From: an uncultured Bacteroidia bacterium
GTDB taxonomy: Bacteria; Bacteroidota; Bacteroidia; J057
Direction: 5' to 3'
Length of the DNA stretch: 64,000 nt
Assembly (NCBI GenBank): GCA_964652565.1
Contig: CAZZEC010000010.1
Location: forward strand, 194-64,193
Positions within the stretch are counted from its first letter, which is position 1, and every line of letters starts with the position of its first letter. Below, piece after piece: positions 26,478-35,963 of this stretch. The position numbers and the translations under genes were made by a program. The notes below the pieces were generated by a model. That model did not search any database and was not told the DNA's origin. It saw only the letters and a program-made list of their open reading frames with translations.

Positions 26478-28472
26478 TTATTGGAAGAGAATTTTCCTCG
26501 TATAAACCCTATTTCCAGCGTTGAGCTTTACGTTATACAATCCTGATGCTAAATTCTCACGAGGTATTTCCAGACGATAAGTACCTGGTAATTGAGTAGC
26601 CTCTAACACCCTGCGAATAGTTTTTCCTTGTAAATCAATGAGTTCTACTGAAACATCTTGTCTGCTATCAAGCATATACAACAGGGTAGCATATTCCTGA
26701 GTGGGATTGGGATATACCCCAATCATCATGATATTCCCCAATTCTTCTTCTCTATTTACGGTTATTGTGGGTGGATCTTCAGGCGTAGGTAATGCCTGTA
26801 TATCTTTGGATAAACTTTCTGCGTCTGCTATTTGCAAGTGATTATCATTTGATACCGTAAACAACCCGGCACCAAATTCCTGCCCTATAGAAGGCTCATT
26901 GATTCTATCTACATAATAAAAGTTCCCTTGCGTTCGATCTTGCTGTATATCTATGATGACATAACCATGTCTATCCAGATCTACCCACTTCATATGTGGA
27001 TTGGGATTGTTTAACTGTAAAAAGATAGGTTCTCCCTGGTTGATGACTGTCTCCAGAAGGTTGGAGTTTTCTTCTCCAATATTCTCATCAAAATTTGCAG
27101 AGGTAATACTGGGCGTCAAAAATTCTACTGCTACAGCTCCTTCTCCCGTTTCAGGATCATAATTGGGAACTAAGCTGTAGTTATCTGCGGGATTCACTAC
27201 CGTATCTGCCACATCAAGTGCAAAAGAGGTGTGAAAATCACCTGAGAGGAATACGATATTATTGATGGAATCACCTCTAATAAAATCAATAATATTCTGT
27301 CTTTCAATTGGGTATCCGTCCCAAATATCTAAAAAGAAGCTTTCTGATTCCTCAAATGTCATTCCTTGCAAGGGACCTCCCCACCCAACATGTAATTCAG
27401 CAAACATCACCTGAGAACCAATAATTTTCCATTGAGCCGTAGAAGAACTTAATTGATCCAACAACCATTCGCGCTGAGTTATCCCCAAAATAGTTCGATC
27501 AGGATCTAAAAGTGCTGTATCTTCAATACTTGTAAGTTGCTGATCCCTACCCTCCAATCGAGTATCTAACATAAATATATCTACCAAATTGCCATAACTT
27601 AATGTCCTGTATATAGAAGAATCCGGATTCTCTCTGATAGGTATCCACTCAAAATGTGCTCTTCTGGAATCGGATTTTCTCTCTCCCCAGTCTCCTTCAT
27701 CAGGTTGATGATTTTCTGCACCATCTGTCCAGGCATCATTGGCAGATTCATGATCGTCCCACACCGCTATCATGGGTAGCTGTTGATGCAGCCTTCTTAA
27801 ATCTTTGTCTAAACGATATAAGGAATATCTCGATCTGTATTGGTCTAATTCTATCGTCTCAAATTCCTGATGTCTTCGTTCGACTAATGTCGTATCACCA
27901 TATACGTTGATTTCATTTTCATAAAAATAATCTCCAAGGTGAATCACCGCATCCAGGTCATTGCGTTCGGCAATACGCGCATATGCATTAAAATATCCCG
28001 CTTCATAATTTGAGCAAGATACTTGAGCAAATCGCAAATGATTGGCTTGATCCGCCGTTGGGGCGGTCTTTGTGCGACCGATAAGCGAACTTCTTCCCAG
28101 AGCAGAAAACACATAGTAATAGTAGGTATTAGATGACAAACCTTCCACATCTACTTTTACCGTATAATCTCTGTCAGCATGGGTAGTAAATTCTCCAGAA
28201 GCTACTACATCTGTTAAATCTACATCTGTTGCGACAAACCAACTAACTGGTATGGAATCCTGATCCGTATCAGGCGTAACCCTGGTCCAGATAATCACTC
28301 TGTCTTGTAATGGATCTCCGGAAGCCACTCCATGATAGAATGGTTTAAGTGCGGGATCAAATAAGCTGGAATCTACTAAGCCGAAAGTATCATTTTGTGA
28401 TACCCCAAAAGTATGTGTGCTAACACAGAGAAAGGCGATGATTAGTTTAAATAAATTAGTAGTATATCTCAT
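26478..28472 (-). CDS. phoD: PhoD-family alkaline phosphatase/phosphodiesterase with T9SS C-terminal sorting domain
   Basis: 664 aa with a signal peptide. PhoD metallophosphatase blocks FAQVSCSNYEAGYF...VIHLGDYFYE...VWDDHE. C-terminal tail VYPNPTQEYATLLY...GLYNVKLNAGNRVYTRKILFQ. Confidence 0.85.
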   Translation of the reverse strand: MRYTTNLFKLIIAFLCVSTHTFGVSQNDTFGLVDSSLFDPALKPFYHGVASGDPLQDRVIIWTRVTPDTDQDSIPVSWFVATDVDLTDVVASGEFTTHADRDYTVKVDVEGLSSNTYYYYVFSALGRSSLIGRTKTAPTADQANHLRFAQVSCSNYEAGYFNAYARIAERNDLDAVIHLGDYFYENEINVYGDTTLVERRHQEFETIELDQYRSRYSLYRLDKDLRRLHQQLPMIAVWDDHESANDAWTDGAENHQPDEGDWGERKSDSRRAHFEWIPIRENPDSSIYRTLSYGNLVDIFMLDTRLEGRDQQLTSIEDTALLDPDRTILGITQREWLLDQLSSSTAQWKIIGSQVMFAELHVGWGGPLQGMTFEESESFFLDIWDGYPIERQNIIDFIRGDSINNIVFLSGDFHTSFALDVADTVVNPADNYSLVPNYDPETGEGAVAVEFLTPSITSANFDENIGEENSNLLETVINQGEPIFLQLNNPNPHMKWVDLDRHGYVIIDIQQDRTQGNFYYVDRINEPSIGQEFGAGLFTVSNDNHLQIADAESLSKDIQALPTPEDPPTITVNREEELGNIMMIGVYPNPTQEYATLLYMLDSRQDVSVELIDLQGKTIRRVLEATQLPGTYRLEIPRENLASGLYNVKLNAGNRVYTRKILFQ

Positions 28473-28534
28473 AAATGTTCTTTATACAAAGAAACATCCA
28501 TATAGACGATTGTTAATTAAGCAATTGTTAAATT

Positions 28535-29734
28535 TTAAGCAATTACTCCAGATCCTATCAATTCTTCCCCCAGATACCACGCAGCAAATTGTCCAGGAGT
28601 GATCCCTCTCTGAGGCTGATCAAATAATATATAGGCTCCCTCCGATTCCATGTATAATGTACCTAACTGAAGGGGTTGGCGATATCTAATCCTTATTTGA
28701 AAATCCTGGCACTCTCCCTGTAAAAGCGCGAGGTCATTTCTCACCCAGTGAATATCCTGCTGTGGAATAAACAATCCTTTTCTATGTAACCCTGGATGCG
28801 CATCTCCCATACCCACATACACAATGTTTTCATTCACATCAGTCCCTATGACATATGATGGCTCTGGTTTCCCCCCTATATATAATCCTTTACGCTGTCC
28901 TATAGTATAAAAATGAGCGCCTTTGTGTTTTCCTATGACATTACCATGGGTTGGTTGATAATAAAATGGCATGGATGAATATCTCAAATAGTCTTTTTGA
29001 TTAGCAGACTGCTTTTCACCTGCTAGAACGCGTTCCAGGTAAATAGGAGATTGAGCATCTATTTCAACAATATCTCCCTCAATAGGATGCAATTTTTGCT
29101 GTAAAAAGTCTGGCAATCGCACTTTGCCCACAAAACAAAGTCCTTGAGAATCCTTCTTGTTTGCAGTGACTAACCCCATTTGCTTTGCAATCTCTCTTAC
29201 CTCTGGTTTTGTCAACTCACCGATAGGAAATAACGCACGGGATAATTGTGACTGATTAACCTGACACAGAAAATAACTCTGGTCCTTATTTTGATCTACA
29301 CCAGCCAGGAGCCTATGTACCTCTATTCCATCTATAGTTACCGTTTCCTTTCGGCAATAATGACCAGTAGCGACATAATCTGCCTTTAACATTAACGCTG
29401 CATTCAAAAATATATCAAATTTGATCTCTCTATTGCATAACACATCTGGATTGGGTGTTCTCCCTCTCTCGTACTCGGTAAACATATAATCAACAATACG
29501 AGATTTATATTCTGCACTCAGATCAATCGTATGAAAAGGAATCCCCAATGCTTGTGCCACCATCATGGCATCATGGCTATCCTCCAGCCAGGGACATTCA
29601 CTACTTACGGTTACAGATTCGTCGTGCCAGTTTTTCATAAACATACCTATCACCTCATACCCCTGCTCTAAGAGTAGATAAGCTGCTACACTCGAATCTA
29701 CACCTCCTGATAAGCCAACAACAACACGTTTCAT
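28535..29734 (-). CDS. mnmA: tRNA 2-thiouridine(34) synthase
   Basis: 399 aa. PP-loop [15 protein letters not shown] plus MnmA blocks [12 protein letters not shown] and KDQSYFL. Confidence 0.92.
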   Translation of the reverse strand: MKRVVVGLSGGVDSSVAAYLLLEQGYEVIGMFMKNWHDESVTVSSECPWLEDSHDAMMVAQALGIPFHTIDLSAEYKSRIVDYMFTEYERGRTPNPDVLCNREIKFDIFLNAALMLKADYVATGHYCRKETVTIDGIEVHRLLAGVDQNKDQSYFLCQVNQSQLSRALFPIGELTKPEVREIAKQMGLVTANKKDSQGLCFVGKVRLPDFLQQKLHPIEGDIVEIDAQSPIYLERVLAGEKQSANQKDYLRYSSMPFYYQPTHGNVIGKHKGAHFYTIGQRKGLYIGGKPEPSYVIGTDVNENIVYVGMGDAHPGLHRKGLFIPQQDIHWVRNDLALLQGECQDFQIRIRYRQPLQLGTLYMESEGAYILFDQPQRGITPGQFAAWYLGEELIGSGVIA

Positions 29735-29809
29735 ATTAATCTCACTTCTTATTATTCACAGTTGACAACTGTAATGTAAAAAAACGAATTCTCCCCCACA
29801 TAGTTTCAA

Positions 29810-30850
29810 TTAAGGTACAGCGATCTTATCGAGTAACAACTGAACACAATTCTGAGAAGTAATGTTCTCAGCTTCTGCTTCATAATTTAATATCAGACGA
29901 TGATTCAGTACATCTTCCGCAATTGCTTTTATATCCTCAGGCAATGCGTATTGCCTACCATCGAGGAGAGCTAAGGCTCTTGCGCCTAAATTCAGTGCCA
30001 GACTGGCACGAGGTGAAGCACCAAATTCAAGATATTCTTCTAATTCGATAATTTCGTAGTCTTTGGGATTCCTGGTTGCAAGTATTAAGTCCACAATGTA
30101 ATCTTCTAATGGCTCTGACAATCGAATGTGATCTACCAAAGATCTCAATGCTAAAATTTCAGCTCGTGATAATACCGGCTCAATGGCCAATTTAGGTTGA
30201 GTTCGGGCCATACGACGCATAATTTCCTTCTCCTCTCGTTTGTTAGGGTAATTTACATATACTTTCATCATAAATCGATCCACCTGTGCCTCGGGAAGCG
30301 GGTAGGTTCCCTCTTGATCCAATGGATTTTGTGTTGCTAACACGAGAAAGGGGTCATCCAGAGGAAAGGTCTCCTCCCCAATGGACACTTGTCTTTCCTG
30401 CATGGCTTCCAGTAAGGCACTTTGTACCTTAGCTGGAGAACGATTGATTTCATCGGCAAGGATAATATGCGAGAATACAGGTCCTTTCTTTACTTCAAAC
30501 CGAGAAGCTTGTTGGTTATAGATCAGGGTTCCTATAAGATCGGCTGGTAATAGATCTGGTGTAAACTGTATTCTTCGGAAATCCATGTCCAGGGCCTTTG
30601 CCAATGAGCTTATGGTTAGCGTTTTGGCTAGTCCAGGAACCCCTTCTAGTAATACATGCCCATTGGTGAGAAGTCCAATGAGTAAGCGATCTACTAACTT
30701 CTGTTGACCAATGATTACTTTTGATAGCGTAGCTCTCAAATCACTCAGGCGAGACACACCTATTGATAACGCAGCTTCAATCTCTTCTGATGTTTTTTCC
30801 GAAGGATTTTGTAACAAGGACAACAAAACGGGGGCTTCTGAGTAACTCAT
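29810..30850 (-). CDS. MoxR-family AAA+ ATPase
   Basis: 346 aa. Walker A LLEGVPGLAKT, Walker B ILADEINRSPAKVQSALLEAMQE, and VLATQNP. Confidence 0.88.
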   Translation of the reverse strand: MSYSEAPVLLSLLQNPSEKTSEEIEAALSIGVSRLSDLRATLSKVIIGQQKLVDRLLIGLLTNGHVLLEGVPGLAKTLTISSLAKALDMDFRRIQFTPDLLPADLIGTLIYNQQASRFEVKKGPVFSHIILADEINRSPAKVQSALLEAMQERQVSIGEETFPLDDPFLVLATQNPLDQEGTYPLPEAQVDRFMMKVYVNYPNKREEKEIMRRMARTQPKLAIEPVLSRAEILALRSLVDHIRLSEPLEDYIVDLILATRNPKDYEIIELEEYLEFGASPRASLALNLGARALALLDGRQYALPEDIKAIAEDVLNHRLILNYEAEAENITSQNCVQLLLDKIAVP

Positions 30851-30969
30851 CTTTAAAAAATACTAACTTGGAATGTGCAAAGGTAATAGAAATACCATCA
30901 AGTTATTCAATATTATATTTGAATAAACGAATGATCGACAGGGTAAATTGATTACTAATCAACATATAT

Positions 30970-32970
30970 ATGCAAATACCTCAAGTGTTGTGGTCTCCGG
31001 ATAAAAAGTATGTAAATCAATCAAATATGAAATCATATATGGATTGGTTGTCAACACATCGCGGATTAACTCTGGATACTTACGAGTCACTTTGGAATTG
31101 GTCTGTTAATCGAATTGACGATTTTTGGTTATCTATTTGGGAGTATTATGACATTGTCTCCGATACACCTGTAGAATCCATACTACAATTACCAGAAGAA
31201 GGCATGATAGGAACAAAGTGGTTTCAAGGTACGAGGATCAACTACGCTGAGCATATTCTCTCACATATTCCATCAGAAGAGACAGCCATTATTTTTTCTT
31301 CAGAATCGTCTGATAGACGCTCCATTTCCTGGAAAGAACTGTATGTCCAGGTGGCTAAAGTAGCCGGATATTTCCGAACGCTCGGTGTAGAGAAAGGCGA
31401 TAGAGTGGTATCCTATATGCCCAATATACCGGAGACGCTCATTGCATTTTTAGCTACTCAATCATTAGGTGCCATATGGTCGAGTTGTTCTCCAGATTTT
31501 GGAGCAGATAGTGTCATAGAGCGATTTCAACAAATAGAACCCAAGCTGTTTCTCACAGTGGATGGATATCAATATCATGGCAAATCCTATGATAAAACAA
31601 CTGTGGTTAGCTCAATTATCCATCAACTACATAGTCTTACGCACGTAATCTATTATCCCTATCTGGATCCAATACCATCCCCTTCAGACGTATTCTCAAA
31701 TATTTCAATACCCATATCAACCTGGAATGAAATTATGGAACAACCTCCTGATCCGCTAATTTTTGAAAGGGTACCATTTGACCATCCCATATGGGTACTA
31801 TATTCTTCGGGAACCACAGGTAAACCAAAAGCCATTACACATAGCGTAGGTGGTGTATTGTTGGAGCACTTAAAAGCGCTCGGCCTTCACCAAAACTGTC
31901 AACCTGGGGATAGATTCTTTTGGTATTCAACAACAGGGTGGATGATGTGGAATTATGCGAATGCAGCTTTGTTGCACAAAAGTACTGTAGTGCTATATGA
32001 TGGCTCAGCTACCTACCCCGATAATTCTTCTTTATGGAACTTAGCAAAAGAAACACATATCACACATTTTGGAGCAGGAGCGAGTTATTACATCCACTGT
32101 ATGCGAGAGGGTATGAGTTTTGATAAAATATCTTTTCCAGCCTTACAATCCTTAGGATCTACAGGATCTCCTCTTATACCGGAAGCTTTTAGATGGATTT
32201 ATGAAAAAGTAAAAAATAATGTTTGGTTGATCTCATTGAGTGGAGGAACGGACGTTTGCAGTGGGTTTGTGGGTGGTAGTCCTACACTCCCTGTGTATGA
32301 AGGTGAAATACAATGCAGAATGCTGGGTTGTGCAGTAGAAGCATGGAATGAGCAGGGTGAGAAGGTAATCAATGAACTGGGGGAAATGGTCTTAACTAAA
32401 CCTATGCCTTCTATGCCCATCTACTTTTGGGGAGATGATCATCATCAACGGTATATATCTAGTTATTTTGAGACATATCCTGGAGTTTGGCGCCATGGAG
32501 ACTGGATCAAAATTACGGATCGGGGCACCTTGGTAATATATGGCAGATCTGATGCTACACTGAATCGAGGAGGAGTGCGTATTGGTACGAGTGAAATCTA
32601 TCGTGCCGTAGAAAGCGTCCCTAATATTACAGACAGTATGGTGATAAGTATTGACTTGCCAGGTGGAGATGCCGAAATGTGGTTATTTGTGGTACTTCCT
32701 AATGAAGAATTGTTAGTTGAGTCTATAATTCAAATCATTCGAAGTACTTTGCGCAATCGCTATAGTCCCAGACATGTACCGGATAAGATCGTCCAGGTGC
32801 AAGCAATCCCCTATACTATCAGTGGCAAAAAAATGGAAACTCCCATTAAAAAAATGTTCATGGGCCAGGATGTGTCGCAAGCCATAAGTCAAGATGCTAT
32901 GAAAAATCCTGAGTGTCTGGAAGAGTATGTGAAATGGGCTAATGATTCTCTTATGGATGGAAGCGAATAA
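30970..32970 (+). CDS. acetoacetate-CoA ligase (acetoacetyl-CoA synthetase)
   Basis: 666 aa ANL-superfamily enzyme. The N-terminus is typical of the family (LWSPDKKYVNQSNMKSYMDWL). AMP-binding motif YSSGTTGKPK, and C-terminal ISGKKME. Confidence 0.85.
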   Translation: MQIPQVLWSPDKKYVNQSNMKSYMDWLSTHRGLTLDTYESLWNWSVNRIDDFWLSIWEYYDIVSDTPVESILQLPEEGMIGTKWFQGTRINYAEHILSHIPSEETAIIFSSESSDRRSISWKELYVQVAKVAGYFRTLGVEKGDRVVSYMPNIPETLIAFLATQSLGAIWSSCSPDFGADSVIERFQQIEPKLFLTVDGYQYHGKSYDKTTVVSSIIHQLHSLTHVIYYPYLDPIPSPSDVFSNISIPISTWNEIMEQPPDPLIFERVPFDHPIWVLYSSGTTGKPKAITHSVGGVLLEHLKALGLHQNCQPGDRFFWYSTTGWMMWNYANAALLHKSTVVLYDGSATYPDNSSLWNLAKETHITHFGAGASYYIHCMREGMSFDKISFPALQSLGSTGSPLIPEAFRWIYEKVKNNVWLISLSGGTDVCSGFVGGSPTLPVYEGEIQCRMLGCAVEAWNEQGEKVINELGEMVLTKPMPSMPIYFWGDDHHQRYISSYFETYPGVWRHGDWIKITDRGTLVIYGRSDATLNRGGVRIGTSEIYRAVESVPNITDSMVISIDLPGGDAEMWLFVVLPNEELLVESIIQIIRSTLRNRYSPRHVPDKIVQVQAIPYTISGKKMETPIKKMFMGQDVSQAISQDAMKNPECLEEYVKWANDSLMDGSE

Positions 32971-33058
32971 TACTTCTGCTTCTATCCTGTACAATGGGCT
33001 GCAAAACTACTCGAAATGCCGACCTCTACGCTATTATGCCCTATCAATCTGTTAGTGC

Positions 33059-33355
33059 TTAGAGGGACTCATTCCATATCCCAGGAGATCTATAAAAATA
33101 TTCTATTGCTTGTTGAAGGAATACATTGAATGATGGGTAGCTCTGACCATCGATCAAAATATATCTGTCATCATCTACATATAATTGACCCAAACATTCA
33201 TACATTTTTGCTTGATTATTTTTGGATTGTGACGTACCCCAGAAGGATCTTATCACCGCATAATGTCGGATAATTAACGCTTGAACTTCTTGGTCTTTAG
33301 GGGAAGAGGTTTGTAACTCGAATAAGGCATAATGGATGTTATTTAGTTCCTCTTT
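33059..33355 (-). pseudogene. remnant of a TipAS-type (MerR/TipA-family C-terminal antibiotic-recognition) domain gene, lacking the HTH half
   Basis: The minus-strand frame is open 33355->33059 with no ATG; only GTG at 33256. Translation: ...SPKDQEVQALIIRHYAVIRSFWGTSQSKNNQAKMYECLGQLYVDDDRYILIDGQSYPSFNVFLQQAIEYFY. This resembles the TipAS LGxMYVxDxRF...AI consensus. An out-of-frame piece AEQELIKLGKEGFEKL lies just upstream (about 33339-33404). Confidence 0.35.
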
Positions 33356-33510
33356 TTAGTTTTTCAAACCCTTCTTTTCCCAATTTGATTAATTCTTGTT
33401 CTGCCTAACTAACAACACATGAGCGCAACTTGGACTTATGAATATTTCAGGAGAAAGAATTGCCTTTTACAGATTTTGTTATCTTGTAGCTATACAAAAT
33501 CTATATATCA

Positions 33511-35757
33511 ATGAAAAAGACCCTGCTGCTATTACCCATCTTGTTCTTAACAGGACTTGTACTCTTATCACAGGAATACACCCCTCCTATCATCCCCATT
33601 GGCGAAGATGCCTATTTGCAATGGGATAGACTTCCCTATCAGAGAATTGGCCTTAGAGCTTATATGCGAAGCACCTACGATCGAGAAGGAAACAACCGAA
33701 GAGCTGATGCCAGTCATTATTTGTATCAGGAAGCAGATACTTTCAACGTGACCTTAGATACCCAGGGTCCAGGGATTTTATATTTCAAACGAACTAATTT
33801 TTTCCACGGAAGTCCATGGCATTACGAAGTTGATGGTAACGATTTTATCGTCAAAGAAACTGCAACAGATGATCCGATTGATGCGAGAAATAAATATGAC
33901 ATTATTCATTTTATACCTAAAGATCTTTTTCCACATCCTTTGACCTGGACATGGAGTACGACAAAAGGCGCTGACTTAATGTGGGTTCCCATACCTTTTG
34001 AAGAAAGCCTCCGTTTGGCTTATTCCAGGACATTTTATGGCACTGGCTATTATATTTATCATTCTTTTCCATTGGGTATATCCCATATATCTCAACCTAT
34101 TTCCTCATGGAGCCAATCCCCTCCAAATCCCAAACTACTTGATCTTGTTAACCTAGCAGGTACAGATTTATCGCCTTCTGGAAATGAACTAGATAGCTTT
34201 GTCTATGAGATAAACCTATCCCCTTATGAACAAACATTAATTGCAAAGCTTGAGGAGGGCCCTCATACAATCAGAGCAATAGAGCTACGGGTACCCAGAG
34301 AATATGCACCAGTGCTAGGTGAATGTAGACTGACTATTAGTTGGGATCGGAGGTGGCATCCCTCTATCGATGTACCCATCGACTTATTTTTTGGCGCTGG
34401 TCATCTTTTTAATTTTGAGGATAAGAAGTATTTAGTGAAAGGATTTCCCATGTTTATTAAATACGAGGAAGAGGAAGTTGTATTAGCATGTTATTGGCCT
34501 ATGCCTTATATGGAAAGTGCAAAAATAATGATCGAAGAACGAACGGGTCAAGAGGTAGGGCCCATCCATATCAAAATTAAGCAAATCCCTTTTGTTGATG
34601 CTCCTCGTGATGTGGGCTATTTTCATGCAACTTACAGCGATCATCCTCATCCAAAGCCTGGTGAGGATATACAATTCTTGGATACGGATCAGATTGAAGG
34701 TGGAGGACCATGGAGCGGAAATTTTGTAGGTATGAGCTGGATCTTCTCCCACGATGGAAACCTGAGTACGCTTGAGGGCGATCCACGCTTTTTCTTTGAT
34801 GATAGTAAGACACCTCAAGCCTGGGGTACTGGAACAGAAGAATGGGGAGGAGGAGGAAACTACTGGGGAGGAGAAAATATGACCATCCCCTTTGCAGGGC
34901 ACCCGGTAGGAATGCGTTCAAAAGATGCCATAACCCAGCTTGACCTATTAAATTCTGCATACAGATTTCTCATCGCTGATTATTTTCCATTTGGTAAACG
35001 AGCAGTAATTGGCCTAGAACATGGAGGCCAGAATACTTCCGATGAACACTATGAAGGCGTTACTTATTGGTATGGAGCTCCATCGGCCACGCTGAAACTT
35101 ACTGACGAACTAAATGTTTGCAATACGCTGGATCAAGAAGCTCATAATTATTCTTCACCCAGTGCCGAATCTCCCTATGAATTAGTATCCAGATATGAAT
35201 GGGGACCAGACAAAGATTATAGAGATGTATATTCTCCACACGACCAATCCAAAGTTAGACAATCACGCATGTTCTTTCCAGCAGAAAGTGATTCCGTTCG
35301 CATCATGAAAGGAAATAGTACTTTTACTATATTTATAGATACTACAAACCTAGGGGTTCTTCTTAGAAGAAAATTCGATTATCAATATCCCAACCAAAAA
35401 GCCAGCGTATGGGTTCGCCCTGCTCAAAGTGATACAAATTGGAACTATGTAGGCATATGGTACACAGCAGGGAGTAATACTTGTTATTTCTCTTATCCTA
35501 AAGGGAGGAGTTATACAGATGCAGAATTAAGTCCTACAGCCCCTCAAATTATTACCAGTAATCGCAGATGGCGCGAAGAGGAGTTTTTGATAGATCAGCA
35601 ATTTACAAAAGGATTATCTCAGCTTGAAGTTCAAATTCGCTGGATTCCCGTAGAAAGAGAATTATTACCCGGAACACCTTTCCCAGTTGAAAACGCGTGG
35701 AGTGAGTCAAGATATTATGTGTATTGTTATCAATTAGAAGATTGGTGGAAAGAATAA
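33511..35757 (+). CDS. secreted DUF2961 (GH172-like) domain protein with long C-terminal extension
   Basis: 748 aa. Signal peptide MKKTLLLLPILFLTGLVLLS. The N-terminal region (WDRLPYQRIGLRAYMRSTYDREGNNRRADASHY...) resembles the DUF2961 start. The assignment is by recall only. Confidence 0.55.
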   Translation: MKKTLLLLPILFLTGLVLLSQEYTPPIIPIGEDAYLQWDRLPYQRIGLRAYMRSTYDREGNNRRADASHYLYQEADTFNVTLDTQGPGILYFKRTNFFHGSPWHYEVDGNDFIVKETATDDPIDARNKYDIIHFIPKDLFPHPLTWTWSTTKGADLMWVPIPFEESLRLAYSRTFYGTGYYIYHSFPLGISHISQPISSWSQSPPNPKLLDLVNLAGTDLSPSGNELDSFVYEINLSPYEQTLIAKLEEGPHTIRAIELRVPREYAPVLGECRLTISWDRRWHPSIDVPIDLFFGAGHLFNFEDKKYLVKGFPMFIKYEEEEVVLACYWPMPYMESAKIMIEERTGQEVGPIHIKIKQIPFVDAPRDVGYFHATYSDHPHPKPGEDIQFLDTDQIEGGGPWSGNFVGMSWIFSHDGNLSTLEGDPRFFFDDSKTPQAWGTGTEEWGGGGNYWGGENMTIPFAGHPVGMRSKDAITQLDLLNSAYRFLIADYFPFGKRAVIGLEHGGQNTSDEHYEGVTYWYGAPSATLKLTDELNVCNTLDQEAHNYSSPSAESPYELVSRYEWGPDKDYRDVYSPHDQSKVRQSRMFFPAESDSVRIMKGNSTFTIFIDTTNLGVLLRRKFDYQYPNQKASVWVRPAQSDTNWNYVGIWYTAGSNTCYFSYPKGRSYTDAELSPTAPQIITSNRRWREEEFLIDQQFTKGLSQLEVQIRWIPVERELLPGTPFPVENAWSESRYYVYCYQLEDWWKE

Positions 35758-35767
35758 GAATTACCAG

Positions 35768-35810
35768 GGGGAAGTCTCATAAGTCGACTTCCCCTTATCG
35801 TATTTTTATT
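35768..35810 (+). terminator. Rho-independent terminator after the DUF2961 gene
   Basis: GGGGAAGTC-(9 nt)-GACTTCCCC followed by the T-rich TTATCGTATTTTTATT. It starts 11 nt after the stop. Confidence 0.55.
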
Positions 35811-35963
35811 GTTTTTAAAAATGCTTCGCCAATTTTTAAAAACTAATAACTTATTCTCTATTTTCAATACGATATTTAGAATATTTTTAACGATATATCG
35901 TAATGATTGACTTTTGAGACAGCCTCTTGGTGATCAATGATTGGGTTTCAATAGTAAACCTAT

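Noticed and set aside
26331-26546. 71-aa plus-strand ORF in the nuoJ-phoD spacer
   Set aside because: It runs through the phoD terminator hairpin and into the phoD 3' end. It is AT-rich and low-complexity.
34483-34960. Minus-strand ORFs of 139 and 127 aa inside the DUF2961 gene
   Set aside because: They are embedded antisense ORFs with no motifs. The host gene has a signal peptide and family-like sequence throughout.
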